From Eledone cirrhosa (Eukaryota): a stretch of 64,000 nt of DNA. The stretch lies in assembly GCA_964016885.1 (NCBI GenBank), contig OZ024752.1, positions 20,894,001 to 20,958,000 of the forward strand. The letters are read 5' to 3'. Within the stretch, counting starts at the first letter, position 1. Every line of letters begins with the position of its first letter. Position numbers and translations under genes: made by a program. Below, piece by piece: positions 1-17,588 of this stretch. The notes beneath the pieces were generated by a model that worked only from the letters and a program-made list of their open reading frames with translations, had not been told where the DNA came from and did not search any database.

Positions 1-3000
1 TTACACCTACTATTGTATGTTACATGTAGTATTGTTTGTTTCACCTCCTATTGTATGTTACACCTAGTATTGTATGTAACATGTAGTATTGTATGTTACA
101 CCTCGTATTGTATGTTACAATTAGTATTGTATGTTACATGTAGTATTGTAACTAACACCTAGTAATGTACGGAAAACTTAGTATTGTATGTTACAACTAG
201 TATTGTATGTTACACCCAGTATTGTATGTTACACCTAGTATTGTATGTAACACCCAGTATTTTATGTTACACCTAGTATTATATGTTACACCTAGTATTG
301 TATATTTCACATATTATTGTATGTTACATCTGCTATTGTACGTAACACCTTGTATTGTATGTTGCACCTAGTATTTTATGTAAGACTTAGTATTGTATGT
401 TACACCTAGTTCGGTATGTAACACCTAAGAGTATATGTTCCACCTAATATTTTATGTTCCACCTAATATTTTATGTTACACCTAGTATTGTATGTTAAAA
501 CTAGTATTGTATGTTACACCTAATATTTTATGTTACACCTAGTATTGTGTGTTACCCATATTGTATTTTACACCTAGTATTATATGTTACACCTAGAATT
601 GAATGTTACACTTACTATTGTATGTTAATACCTATTGTATGTTACACCGAGTATTCGATGTTACACCTAGTATTGTATGTTACAAGTAGTAATGTTTGTT
701 ACACCTAGTTTTGTATATTACACCTACTATTGCTTGTTACACATAGTGTTGTATGTTACACCTAGTATTGTATTTAACACCTAGTATTTTATGTTACGCC
801 TAGTATTGTTTGTTAAACCTAGTGTCGTATATAACACCTAGTATTGCATGTAACACCTGGTGTTGTATGTTTCACCTAGTATTGTGTTACACCTAGTATT
901 GTATGTTACACCTGATACTTTATGTAACACCTAGTATTGTATGTTAACCCTAATATTGTATGTTACTGCTAGTATTGAATGTAACACCTAGTACTGAATG
1001 TTACACCTAGTATTCTATGTTACACCTAGTATTGTATGTTACATCTAGTGTTGTATGGAACAACTAGTGTTGTATGTTACACCTAGTATTGTATGTTACA
1101 CCCTTTATTGTATGTTACACATAGTATTGTATATTACACCTAGTATTTTATGTTAAACCTAGTATTTTATGTAACACCTAGCATTGTATGTTACACGTGG
1201 TATTGTATGTAACACGTAGGGTTGTATGTTACACATAGTCTTGTATGTAACACTTAGTACTCTATGTTACACCTAGTGTTTTATGTTACACCTAGTATTG
1301 TATTTTACACCTAGTATTATATGTTATAACTAGCATTGTATGTTACACTTACTATTGTATGTAACACCTAGTATTTTATGTAACAGCTAGTATTGTCTGT
1401 AACGCCTAGTATTATATGCTACACCTAGTATTGTATGTTACACATAATATTCTATGTTACACCTTGTATTGTATGTAACACCTAGTTTTGTATGTTACAC
1501 CTAGTATTGTATGTAACACCTAATATTGTACGTTGCACCTAGTATTGTACGTTACACCTAGTATTATGTTAAACATACTTATGCAAGTAACACCTAGTGT
1601 TGTATGTTACACCTAGTATTATATGTTAGACCTAGTTTTGTATGTAACACCTAGTGTTGTATGTTACACCTAGTGTTTTATGTTACACATACTATTGTAT
1701 CATACACCTAGTATTGTATGTTACATCTAGTATTATGTTACACTTACTATTGCATGTAACAACTAGTATTGTATGTTGTACCTGGTATTGTATGTTACAC
1801 TTAGTATTGTATGTTACACCTAGTGTTGTATGTTATACCTAGTGTTGTATGTTATACCTAGTATTGTACGTTACACTTAATATTGTATGTTACACCTAGT
1901 ATTGTTTGTTAACCCAGTATTGTATGTTACACCTAGTATTGTATTTTACACCTAGTATTGTATTTTACACCTAGTATTGTATTTTACACCTAGTATTATA
2001 CGTTATACCTAGTATTGTATGTTCAACCTGGTATTGTATGTAACACTTAATATTGTATGTTACACCTAGTATTGTATATTACACCTATAGTTGTATGTTA
2101 TACCTAGTATTGTATGTAACACCTAGTGTTGTATGTTACACATAGTATTGTATTTTACACCTAGTATTATATGTTACACCTAGTATTGTATGTTACATTT
2201 ACTATTTGTTACATCTAGTAGTGTATGTATCACCTAGTATTGTATTTAACACCTAGTATTGTGTGTTACACCTAATATTGTATGTTACACATAGGGTTGT
2301 ATGAAACAGCTACTGTTGCATGCTACACCTAGTGTTGTATGTTTCACCTGGTACTTTATGTAACACCTAGTATTGTATGTTACCCCTAGTATTGTATGTT
2401 ATACCTAGTATTGTATGCTACACATAGTATTGTATGTTACACCTAGTATTGTATATTACACCCAGTATCGTATGTAACACCCCGTATTGTATGTAACACC
2501 TAGTACTTTATGTTAAACCTCTTATTTTATGTTACACTTACTATTGTATGTAACACCTAGTATTGTATGTTGCACCTAGTATTGTAACACTTAATATTGT
2601 ATGTTACACCTCGTGTTGTATGTTACACCTAGTATTGTATGTAACACCTAGTGTTATATGTTACACCCTGTAAGGTATGATACACCTAGTATTATGTAAT
2701 AATAGTGTTGTATTTTACAGCTTGTATTGTATGTTACACCTAATATTGTCTGTAACACCTAGTAATGTATGTTACACCCAGTATTGTATGTTACACGTAG
2801 AACTGTATGTTACACTTATTATTTTATGTTACACCTAGTATTGTATGTTACACCTAATATTGTATGTTACACCTAGTATTGTATGTTAGAGCTAATATTG
2901 TGTGTTACACCCGGTATTTTATTTTACAACTAGTATTATATGTTACACCTTGTATTGTATGTTACACTTACTATTGTATGTTACACCTAGTAGTGTATGT

Positions 3001-4038
3001 ATCACCTAGTATTTTATGTAACACCTAGTATTGTATGTTACACCTAGTATTGTATGTTACACCTAGGATTTTATGTAACAGCAAGTATTGCATGCAACAC
3101 CTAGTCTTGTATGTTTCACCTTGTATTGTATGTTACAACTAGTATTGTATGTAAAACCTAGCATTATATGTTACACCTAGTATTGTATGTTACACCTGGT
3201 ACTTTATGTAACACCTAGTATTGTATGAGACGACTAGAGTAGTATGTGACACCTAGTACTGTATGTTACACCTAGTATTTTATATTACACCTAGTAGTGT
3301 ATGTTACACCTAGTATTGTATGTAACCTAGTGTTGAATGTTACACCCAGTATTTTATGTTACACCTAGTATTGTATGTAACACCTAGTGTTGTATATTAC
3401 ACGTAGTATTGTCCGTTACACCTATATTGTCTGTAACTCCTAGTATTGTATGTTACACCTAGTACTGTATTTTATACATAGTATTTTCTGTTAAACCTAG
3501 TGTTGTATGTAACACCTAGAGTTGTATGCTACACCTAGTATTTGTATGATACACCCAGTATGGTCTGGTACACCTAGTATTGTATGTAACATGTAGTAAT
3601 TTATGTGAAACCTAGTATTGTATGTTAACACCTATTGTACGTTACACCGAGTATTCTATGTTAAACCTAGTATTGTATGTTCTAAGTAGCATTGTTTGTT
3701 ACACCTAGCATTGTATGTTACAAGCAGTATTGTTTGTTACACCTAGTATTGTATGTTACGCCTAGTATTCTATGTTACACCTAGTACTCTATGTTACACC
3801 TAGTACTGTATGTTTCACCTAGTATTGTATTTAACACCTAGTATTTTATGTTACACGTAGTATAGTATGTTACACCAAGTATTGTATGTTACACATAGTA
3901 TTGTATGTTACACCTAGTATTGTATGTTACCCCTAGTATTATATGTTACAACTATTATTGTATGTTACATCTAGTATTGTATGTCACACCTACCATCGTA
4001 TGTAACACCGCGTATTGTATGTAACATCTAGTATTGTA

Positions 4039-5021
<983 letters not shown>

Positions 5022-8000
5022 TGATACACCTGTTATTGAATGTTACACACGCATATTATTGTATGTAACATCCAGTATTGTATATTAGAGCTAGTATTGT
5101 ATGTTACACCTCTTATTGTATGTAACGCCTAGTATTGTATGTTACACCTAGTATTCTATGTTACACCTAGTACTGTAAGTTACACATAATATTGTATGTA
5201 ACACCTAATATTGTATGTTACACCAAGTATTGTATGTAACATCTTGTATTGTTTTTTACACATAGTATTATATGTAACACCTAATATTGTATGTTACACC
5301 TAGAATTGTAGGTTACAGCATTTGTTGTATGTTAAACCTAGTATTGAATGTAACACCTAATGTTGTATGTTACACCCAGTATTGTATGTTACACCTAGTA
5401 TTGTATGTTACACCTAGTGTTGTATATTACACCTAGTATTGTATGTAACACCTCGTAGTGTATGTGACACCTACTATTGTCTGTAACACCTAGTGTTGTA
5501 TGTTATACCTAGTGTATGTTACACCTAGAATTGTATGTTGCACCGAGTATTGTATGTTACACCTAGTATTGTATGTAATAACTAATATTGTATGTTACAC
5601 CTAGTGTTGTATGTTACACCTAGTATTGTATGTAACACCTAGTGATGTATGTTACATCTAGTATTTTATGTTACACGTAGTACTGTATGTTACACCTACT
5701 AATGTATGTAACACCTAATGTTATATGCTACACCTCGTATTTTATGTTACACCTAGTATTGTATGTTATCATTAGTATCGTATGTAACACCTAGGGTTGT
5801 ATGTTACACACAGTATTGCATGTAACACCTAGTATTGTACGTTACAACTAGTATTGTAGGTTACACCTAGTATTATGTTACACTTACTATTGCATGTAAC
5901 ACCTAGCATTGTATGTTGCACCTAGTATTGAATTTAACACTTAATATAGTATGTTACACCTAGTGTTGTATCTTACACCTAGTATTGTATATAACACCTA
6001 GTGTTGTATGTAACACCTAGTATTGTATGTTTACATAGTATTTTATGTTACACCTAGTATTGTATGTTACACCTACTATTGTATGTTCCACTTAGTATTG
6101 TATGTTACACCTAGTATTGTATGTTACACCTAGTATTGTATTATACACCTAGTATTATATGTAACACCTAGTATTTTATGTTGCACCTTGTATTGTATGT
6201 TACACTTAGTACTATGTGTTACACCTAGTATCGTATTTTACACCTAGTATTATATGTTACACCTAGTATTATATGTTACACCTAGTATTATATGTTACAC
6301 CTAGTATTGTATGTTACACCTGGTACTTTATGTAACACCTAGTACTGTATGTTAAACCTAGTATTGTATGTTACCCCTAGTATTGTATGTTATACATAGT
6401 ATTGTATGTAACACCGAGTACTGAATGTTACACCTAGTATTCTATGTTACACGTAGTACTGTATATTACACATAGTATTGTATGTTGCACCCAGTATTGT
6501 ATGTTACACCTAGTGTTGTATGTAACAACTAGTATTGTATGTAGCACCTAGTATTGTATGTAAAACCTAGTGTTGTATATTACACCTATTATTGTATGTT
6601 ACACCTAGTGTTGTCTGTTACACCTAGTATTGTATGTAACACCTTGTATTGTATGTAACACCTAGTAATGTATGTAACATCTAGTATTGTATGTAACACC
6701 TAGTGGTGTATGTTACACCTAGTGTTTTATGTTACACCTACTATTATATGTTACACCTAGTGTTGTCTGTTACACCTGGTATTGTATGTAACACCTTGTA
6801 TTGTATGTAACACCTAGTAACGTATGTAACATCTAGTATTGTATGTAACACCTAGTGTTGTATGTTACACCTAGTGTTTTATGTTACACCTACTATTATA
6901 TGTTGCACCTATTGTTGTATGTAACACCTAATATTGTATGTTACACCTAGTGTTGTATATAACACCTAGTATTGTATGTTACACCTAGTATTGTATGTTA
7001 AAGCTAGTATTGTATGTTACACCTAGAAGTGTGTGTTACACCTAGTATTTTATTTTACACCTAGTATCGTATTTTACACCTTGTATTATATGTTAATCCT
7101 AGTATTGTATGTTACACTTACTATTGTATGTTACACCTAGTATTGTATATTAGACATAGTATTGTATGTTACATCTAGTATTGTGTGTTACACCTAGTAT
7201 TGTATGTAACACCTAGTATTGTATGTAACACCTAGTATTGTATGTTACACCTAGTGTTGTGTGTTACACCTACTTTGTATTTTACACATAGTATTATATG
7301 TTACACCTAGTATTGTATGTTACACTTACTATTGTATGTTACACCTAGTTTTGTATGTAACACATAGTATTGTATATTAGACCTAGTATTGTATGTTACA
7401 CCTAGTATTATGTTACACTTACTATTTCATGTAACAAAAAGTATTGTATGTTGCACCTATTATATTATGTAACACCTAGTATTGTATGTAACACCTAGTA
7501 TTGTATGTTACACCTAGTATTGTATGGTACACTTAGTATTGTATGTAACACCTAGTGTTGTATATTACACCTAGTACTGTATGTAACACCTTGTATTGCA
7601 TATAACACGTAGTATTGTACGTTACACCTAGTATTGTATGTTACAGCTAGTGTTATATGTTACATCTATTATTGTATGTTACACCTCTTAATGTATGTAA
7701 CACTTAGTATTGTATGTTACACCTAGTATTGTATGCTGCACCTAGTATTATCTGTAAAACCTAGTGCTGTATGTTACACCTAGTATTGCATGTTACACAT
7801 AATATTGTATGTTACACCTAGTATTATGTTACACTTACTATTGCATGTAACAAATAGTATTGTATGTTGCACCTATTATTGTATGTAACACTTAGTATGT
7901 TATGTTACACCTTTTATTGTATTTAACACCCAGTTTTGTATGTTACACCTAGTATTGTATGTTACACCTAGTGTTGTATATTACACCTAGTACTGTGTGT

Positions 8001-11000
8001 AACGCCTTGTATTGAATGTAACACGTAGTATTGTACGTTACACCTAGTATTGTATGTTACACCTAGTATTGTATGTTACATCTATTATTGTATGTTACAC
8101 CTCTTATTGTATGTAACACCTAGTATTCTATGTTACACCTAGTATTGTATGTTGCACATAGTATTATCTGTAACACCTAGTGTTGTATGTTACACCTAGT
8201 ATTGCATGTTACACATAATATTGTATGTTACACCTAGTATTATGTTACACTTACTATTGCATGTAGCAAATAGTATTGTATGTTGCACCTATTATTGTAT
8301 ATAACACTTAGTATGTTATGTTACACCTAATATTGTATGTAACACCTAGTATTGTATGTAACACCTAGTATTGTATGTTACACCTAGTATTGTACGTTAC
8401 ACCTAGTGTTGTATGTAGCATCTAGTATTGGATGTAACACCTAGTGTTGTATGTTTCACCTAGTATTGAATGTTACACCTAGTATTGTATGTTACACCTA
8501 GTATTGTATGTTACACCTAGTGTTGTATGTAACAACTAGTATTGTATGTAAAACCTAGTATTGTATGTAAAACCTAGTGTTGTATATTACACCTATTATT
8601 GTATGTTACACCTAGTGTTGTCTGTTACACCTAGTATTGTATGTAACACCTTGTATTGTATGTAACACCTAGTAATGTATGTAACATCTAGTATTGTATG
8701 TAACACCTAGTATTGTATGTAACAGCTAGTATTGTATGTTACACCTAGTATTGTACGTTATACCTAGTGTTGTATGTAGCATCTAGTATTGGATGTAACA
8801 CCTAGTGTTGTATGTTTCACCTAGTATTGAATGTTACACCTAGTATTGTATGTTACACCTAGTATTGTATGTTACACCTAGTGTTGTATGTAACAACTAG
8901 TATTGTATGTAACACCTAGTATTGTATGTAAAACCTAGTGTTGTATATTACACCTATTATTGTATGTTACACCTAGTGTTGTCTGTTACACCTAGTATTG
9001 TATGTAACACCTTGTATTGTATGTAACACCTAATATTGTATGTTACACCTAGTGTTGTATATAACACCTAGTATTGTATGTTACACCTAGTATTGTATGT
9101 TAAAGCTAGAATTGTATGTTACACCTAGAAGTGTGTGTTACACCTAGTATTTTATTTTACACCTAGTATTGTATTTTACACCTTGTATTATATGTTAAAC
9201 CTAGTATTGTATGTTACACTTACTATTGTATGTTACACCTAGTATTGTATATTAGACATAGTATTGTATGTTACATCTAGTATTGTAGGTTACACCTAGT
9301 GTTGTGTGTTACACCTACTTTGTATTTTACACATAGTATTATATGTTACACCTAGTATTGTATGTTACACTTACTATTGTATGTTACACCTAGTTTTGTA
9401 TGTAACACATAGTATTGTATATTAGACCTAGTATTGTATGTTACACCTAGTATTATGTTACACTTACTATTTCATGTAACAAAAAGTATTGTATGTTGCA
9501 CCTATTATATTATGTAACACCTAGTATTGTATGTAACACCTAGTATTGTATGTAACACCTAGTATTGTATGCTACACCTAGTATTGTATGTTACACCTAG
9601 TGTTGTATATTACACCTAGTACTGTATGTAACACCTTGTATTGCATATAACACGTAGTATTGTACGTTACACCTAGTATTGTATGTTACAGCTAGTGTTA
9701 TATGTTACATCTATTATTGTATGTTACACCTCTTAATGTATGTAACACTTAGTATTGTATGTTACACCTTGTATTGTATGCTGCACCTAGTATTATCTGT
9801 AACACCTAGTGCTGTATGTTACACCTAGTATTGCATGTTACACATAATATTGTATGTTACACCTAGTATTATGTTACACTTACTATTGCATGTAACAAAT
9901 AATATTGTATGTTGCACCTATTATTGTATGTAACACTTAGTATTATATGTTACACCTTTTATTGTATGTAACACCCAGTTTTGTATGTTACACCTAGTAT
10001 TGTATGTTACACCTAGTGTTGTATATTACACCTAGTACTGTGTGTAACGCCTTGTATTGCATGTAACACGTAGTATTGTACGTTACACCTAGTATTGTAT
10101 GTTACACCTAGTATTGTATGTTACATCTATTATTGTATGTTACACCTAGTATTGTATGTTGCTCATAGTATTATCTGTAACACCTAGTGTTGTATGTTAC
10201 ACCTAGTATTGCATGTTACACATAATATTGTATGTTACATCTAGTATTATGTTACACTTACTATTGCATGTAACAAATAGTATTGTATGTTGCACCTATT
10301 ATTGTATGTAACACTTAGTATGTTATGTAACACCTAATATTGTATGTAACACCTAGTATTGTATGTAACACCTAGTATTGTATGTTACACCTAGTATTGT
10401 ATGTTACACCTAGTGTTGTATGTAGCATCTAGTATTGGATGTAACACCTAGTGTTGTATGTTTCACCTAGTATTGAATGTTACACCTAGTATTGTATGTT
10501 ACACCTGGTACTTTAAGTAACACCTAGTATTGTATGTTACACCTAGTATTGTATGTTACACCTAGTGTTGTATGTTACAGCTAGTATTGTATGTAATACC
10601 TAGTACTCTATGTAACACCTCGTATTTTATGTAACACCTAGTATCGTCTGTAACACCTAGTGTTCTATGTTACATCTTGTATTGTATATTGCACCTTGTA
10701 TTGTATGTTACACCTCTTATTGTATGTAACACCTAGTATTGTCTGTAACACCTAGTGTTGTATGTTACACCTTGTCTTGTATGTTAAACCTAGTAATATA
10801 TGTTGCACCTAGTATTGTATGTAACACATAGTATTGTATGTTACACTTAGTATTGTATGTAACACCTAGTAGCATATAACACCAAGTGTTATATACTACA
10901 CCTAGTATTGTATGTAACACCTAATGTTGCATGTTACACATAGTATTTCATGTAACACCTAATATTGTACGTTACACCTAGTATTGTATGTTGCACCTTG

Positions 11001-13715
11001 TATTGTATGTAACACTTAATATTGTAAGTTACACCTAGTATTGTATGTTACACCTAGTGTTGTAGGTTTTACCTAGTATTGTTTGGTATACCTAGTATTG
11101 TATGTAACACCTAGTACTGAATGTTACACCCTGTATTCTATGTTACACCTAGTACTGTATGTTACACATAGTATTGTATGTTACACCTAATGTTGTATGC
11201 AACACCTAGTGTGGTATTTTACACCTAGTATTGTATGTACCACATAGTGTTGTATGTTATACCCAGTATTGTATGTTACACCTAGTGTTGTATGTTACAC
11301 CTAGTAATGTATGTTACACCTAGTGTTGTATGAAACACCCATTATTGTATGTTACACCTAGTATTGTATGTACCATCTAGTGTTGTATGGTACACACAGT
11401 ATTGTATGTTACACCTGGTACTGTATGTAACAACTAGTATTGTATATAACACCTAGCATTGTATGTTACACCTAGTATTTTATGTAACACCTAGTGTTGA
11501 ATGTAACTACTAGTACTTTATGTTACAACTAGTAAATGTATGTTACACCTAGTATTGTATGTTACATCTAGTATTATGTTACACTTACTATTTCATGTAA
11601 CAACTATTATTGTAAGTTGCGCCTAGTATTGTATGTATCAAGTACCATTGTATGTTACACCTAGTGTTGTATGTTACACCTAGTGTTTTATGTTATACCT
11701 ACTATTTTATGTTAAACCTCATATTGTATGTACCACCTAGTGTTGTATGTTACACCCAATATTGTATGCTACACCTAGTATTGTATGTAACACCTAGTGT
11801 TGTATGTTACACGTAGTACTGTATGTTACAACTAGTGTTGTATGAAACACCCATTATTGTATGTTACACCTAGTATTGTATGTACCACCTTGTGTTGTAT
11901 GTTACACCCAGTATTGTATGTTATTCCTAGTATTGTATGTTACACCTAGTGTTGTATGTTACAGCTAGTATTTTATGTAAGACCTAGTACTCTATGTAAC
12001 ACCTAGTATTGTATGTAACAGCTAGTATCGTCTGTAACACCTAGTGTTGTATGTTTCACCTAGGTTTGTATATTGCACCTAGTATTGTATTTTACACCTA
12101 GTATTGTATGTAACACCTAATATTGTATGTTACACCTAGTGTTGTATGTAACACCTAGTATTTTATGTTACACTTGCTATTGTATGTAACACCTAGTATT
12201 GTATGTAACACCTAGTATTATCAATAACACCTAGTATTGTATGTTACACCTAGTATTGTATGGTACACCTAGTATTGTATGGTACACTTAGTATTGTATG
12301 TTACACCTAGTATTATATGTTACACCTAGCATTATATGTTATACCTAGTATTGTATGTTACACTTACTATTGTATGTAACACCTAGTATTTTATGTTGCA
12401 CCTTGTATTGTATGTAACACTTAATATTGTATGTTACACCTAGTGTTGTATGTTACACCTATAGTTGTATGTTACACCTAGTATTGTATGTAACACCTAG
12501 TGTTGTATGTTACACCCAGTTTTGTATGTTACACCTAGTATTGTATGTAACACCTAGTATTGTATGTAATATCTATTGTTGTATGTTACAGCGAGTATTG
12601 TATGTTACACGTAGAACTGTATGTTACACCCATTATTTTATGTTACACCTAGTATTTTATGTTACACCTAGTATTTTATTTGACACCTAGGGTTGTATGT
12701 GACAGCTAGTATTGCATGCAATATTGTATGGAACATCTAGGGTTGTATGTTACACCTAGTATTGTTTATTACGCCCAATATTGTATGTTACACCTCGTAT
12801 TGTATGTAACACCTAGTATTTTATGTTAAACCTAGTATTTTATGTTACACCTAGTATTTTATTTGACACATAGGGTTGTATGTGACAGCTAGTATTGCAT
12901 GCAACACCTAGTGTTGTATGTTTCACCTCGTATTGTATGTTACACCTAGTATTGTATGTAAAACCTAGTATTGTATGTTACACCTAGTACTGTATGTTAT
13001 ACCTGGTACTTTATGTAACACCTATTATTGTATGTTAGCCCTAGTATTGTATGTTATACCTAGTATTGTATGTAACACCTAGTACTGAATGTTACACCTA
13101 TTATTCTATGTTACACCGAATATTCTATGTTACACCTAGCATTGTATGTAACACCTAGTATCGTCTGTAACACCTAGTGTTGTATGTTATACCTAGTGTC
13201 GTATGTTCCACCTAGTATTGTATATTGCACTTAGTATTGTAAGTAACACGTAATATTGTATGTTACACCTAGTGTTGTATGTAACACCTAGTATTTTATG
13301 TTACACTTGCTATTGTATGTAACACCTAGTATTGTATGTAACACTTAATATTGTATGTTACACCTAGTATTGTATGTTACACCTAGTATTATCAGTAACA
13401 CCTAGTATTGTATGCTACACCTAGTATTGTATCGTACACCTAGTATTGTATCGTACACCTAGTATTGTATGTAACAGGTAGTGTTGTATGTTACACGTAG
13501 TATGTATGTAACACCTAGTATTGTATGTAACACCTAGCATTGTATGTTACACCTAGTATTGTATGTTAAACCTAGTATTGTATGTTACACCTAGTATTGT
13601 ATGTTACACCTTGTATTATATGTTACACCTAGTATTGTATGTTACACATAGTATTGTATGTCACACCTACCATTGTATGTAACACCGAGTATTGTATGTA
13701 ACATCTAGTATTCTA

Positions 13716-14345
13716 CTAGCAGAATGGCCAGGCGTTGCTAAGGATTTTCTCTAGAGTTCTTATATATTTGATATATATTTATCCTTATCGAGCCTCGTGA
13801 AATAAATACGTTTGTCTATATTTTGTTATTGTATATGCAAAGATATCTGTACACGAATATATAATTATATATATATATTTTTAAATAACAGATTAAAGTT
13901 TAAGAAAAGAATCGCTGCTTTAACCCTTAACGGGACAATCTAAAACTAAAAAAAATCAATTTGTGAACGCAGAAGTAAATATTTCGAAAAACGTTACACA
14001 CTATATATATATACGCACACACTATATATATACATATACACGCACACAGATAGTCTCATAATGTCGTTATGCAGACAGGTAGGCATAAGGTCAGATATTA
14101 TAAGGGCGAAACTTTATATCTATGTATCTATCTAAAAAGAAACACTCATAATTATAGAGAGAGATCGCTAACTCGCCTAATGCGGTCCCTAGGTCATTGA
14201 AAATATAAAATATCTTTTGCTCACAACACTCACAAGACCATATGTATTACATTTGTAAAGTTTGAAAACAATAGGTTGGGTGGTTCTCGAGTTTTAGGGA
14301 ATCAGACAGAGAGAAAACAGACATTCTCTGTTTTGGATATATAGA
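13716..14345 (-). mobile_element. Non-autonomous Helitron-like element, copy B (630 bp)
   Basis: Minus strand begins TCTATATA and ends CTAG after a GC-rich subterminal segment; inserted between A and T with no TSD; removing it restores a satellite monomer (TATTGTA|TGATACACC type); short GACA repeats near the 5' end. Confidence 0.8.
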
Positions 14346-17300
14346 TGATACACCTGCTATTGAATGTTACACACACATAGTATTTTATGTTACACCTAGT
14401 ATTGTATGTTACACCTAGTATTCTCTGTAACACCTAGTATTGTATATTAGACCTAGTATTGTATGTTACACCTAGTACTACATGTTACACATAGTATTGT
14501 ATGTAACACCTAATATTGTCTGTTACACCTAGTGTTGTATGTTACACCTAGTATTGTATGTTACACCTAGTATTGTCTGTAACACCTAGTATTGTATGTA
14601 ACACATATTGTTGTATGTTACACCTAGTACTGTATGTAACACCTAGTATTGTATGTAACACCTAGCATTGTATGTTACACCTAGTATGTATGTAAAACCT
14701 AGTGTTGTCTCTTACACCTAGTGTTGTATGTTATACCTAGTATTGTATGTAACACCTAGTACTGCATGTAACAACTAGTATTGTATGTAACACCTAGTAT
14801 TGTCTGTAAAACCTATTGTTGTATGTTACACGTAGTGTTGTATGTTAAACCTAGTATATATGTTGCACCTACTATTGTATGTAACATCTTGTATTGTATT
14901 TTACACCTAGTATTGTATGTAACACCTAATATTGTATGTTACACCTAGTGTTGTATGTAACACCTAGTACTCTATGTTACACTTAGTATTGTATGTTAAA
15001 CCTAGTATTGTATGTAACACCTAGTATTGTATGTTACACCTAGTGTTGTATATTACACCTAGTATTGTATGTAACACCTAGTACTGTATGTAAAACCTTG
15101 TATTGTATGTAACACCTATTATTGTCTGTAACACCTACTTTTGTATGTTACACCTAGTGTTGTATGTTACACCTAGTATTGTGTGTTACACCGAGTATTT
15201 TATTTTACACCTAGTATTATATGTTACACCTAGTATTGTATGTTACACTTACTATTGTATGTTACACCTAGTAGTGTATGTATTATCTAGTATTGTATGT
15301 TACAGTTAGTATTGTATGTTACACCTAGGGTTGTATGTAACCGATAGTATTGCATGCAACACCTAGTGTTGTATGTTTCACCTCGTATTGTATGTTACAC
15401 CTAGTATTGTATGTTACACCTAGTATTGTATGTTACACCTAGTATTGTATGTAAAATCTAGCATTGCATTTTACACCTAGTATTGTATGTTACACCTGGT
15501 ACTTTATGTAACACCTTGTATTGTATGTTACCCCTAGTATTGTTTGTTATACCTAGTATTGTATGTAACACCTAGTACTGAATGTTACACCTAGTATTCT
15601 ATGTTACACCTAGAATTGTATGTTACACCTAATGTTGTATGTTATACCTAGTGTTGTATGTTACACCTGGTATTGTATATTACACCCAGTATTGTATGTT
15701 ACACCTCGTATTGTATGTAACACCTAGTATTTTATGTTAAATCTAGTAATGTATGATAATATCTGTTGTATGTTACACCGAGTATTCTATGTTACACCTA
15801 GCATTGTATGTTACACTTACTATTGTATGTTGCACCTAGTATTGTATGTAACACCTAATATTGTATGTAAAACCCAGTATTGTATATTAGAAATAGTATG
15901 GTATGTAACACCTAGTATTGTATGCTACACCTAGTATTGTATGTTACACCTAGTATTGTATGGTACACCTAGTATTGTATGTTACACCTAGTGTTGTATG
16001 TTACAGCTAGTATTTTATGTAAGACCTAGTACTATATGTAACACCTAGTATTGTATGTAACACCTAGTATCGTCTGTAACACCTAGTGTTGTATGTTGCA
16101 CCTAGTATTGTATTTTACACCTAGTATTATATGTTAAACCTAGTATTGTATGTGACACCTTGTACTGTATGTTACACATAGTATTGTTTGTAACACATAA
16201 TATATTATGTTACACCAGGTATTGTATGTTACACCTAATACTGTATGTAACACCTAGTATTTTATGTACCACGTAGTATTGTAGGTAACACCTAGTATTG
16301 TATGTTGCACCTAGTATTGTATTTTACACCTAGTTTTATATGTTACACCTAGTACTGTACGTTACACTTACTATTGTATGTAACACCTAGTATTGTATGT
16401 TACACCTACTGTTGTATGTAACACTTAGTATTGTATGTTACACCTAGTATTGTATGTTACACCTAGTATTATATGTTAGACCTAGTATTTTATGTTAAAC
16501 ATAGTATTGTATGTTACACTTACTATTGTATGTTACACATAGTATCGTATGTAACACTTAGTATTTTATGTGACACCCAGTATTGTATATTAGATCTAGT
16601 ATTGTATGTTACATCTATTATTGTATGTTACACCTCTTATTGTATGTAACAGCTATTATTGTATGTTACACCTAGTATTCTATGTTACACCTAATACTGT
16701 ATGTTACACATAGTATTGTATGGAACATATAATATTATATGTTACACCTAGTATTGTATGTTGCACCTAGTATTATCTGTAACACCTAGTGTTGTATGTT
16801 ACACCTAATATTGTATGTTACACATAATATTGTATGTAACACGTAGTATTGTACGTTACACCTAGTATTTTATGTTACACCTAGTATTATGTTACACTTA
16901 CTATTGCATGTAACAAATAGTATTGTATGTTGCACCTATTATTGTATGTAACACTTAGTATGTTATGTTGCACCTAGTATTGTATGTTACACCTACTATT
17001 TACGTTACACCTAGTGTTGTATGTAACACATAGTATTCGATGTAACCCCTAGTGTTGTATGTTTCATCTAGTATTGTATGTTACACCTAGTATTGTATGT
17101 TACACCTGGTACTTTATGTAACACCTAGGATTGTATGTTACACCTAGTGTTGTAGGTTTCACCTAGTATTGTATGTAACACCTAGTGTTGTATGTTACAC
17201 CTAGTACTGTATATAACAACTAGTATTGTATGTAACACCTAGTATTGTATGTAACACCTAGTATTATGTGTTACACCTAGTACTGTATGTTACACCTAGT

Positions 17301-17588
17301 ATTGTATGTTACACCTAGTATTGTATGTTACATCTAGCATTATGTTACACTTACTATTGCATGTAACAACTATTATTGTATGTTCAACCTAGTATCGTAT
17401 GTTACCCCTAGTATTATATATACACCTATTATTGTATGTTACAGCTAGTATTGTATGTTACAGCTACTATTGTATGTTACACATAGTGTTGTATTTTACA
17501 CCAAGCATTGTATGTTACACATAGTATTGTATGTCACACCTACCATTGTATGTAACACCGAGTATTGTATGTAACATCTAGAATTGTA

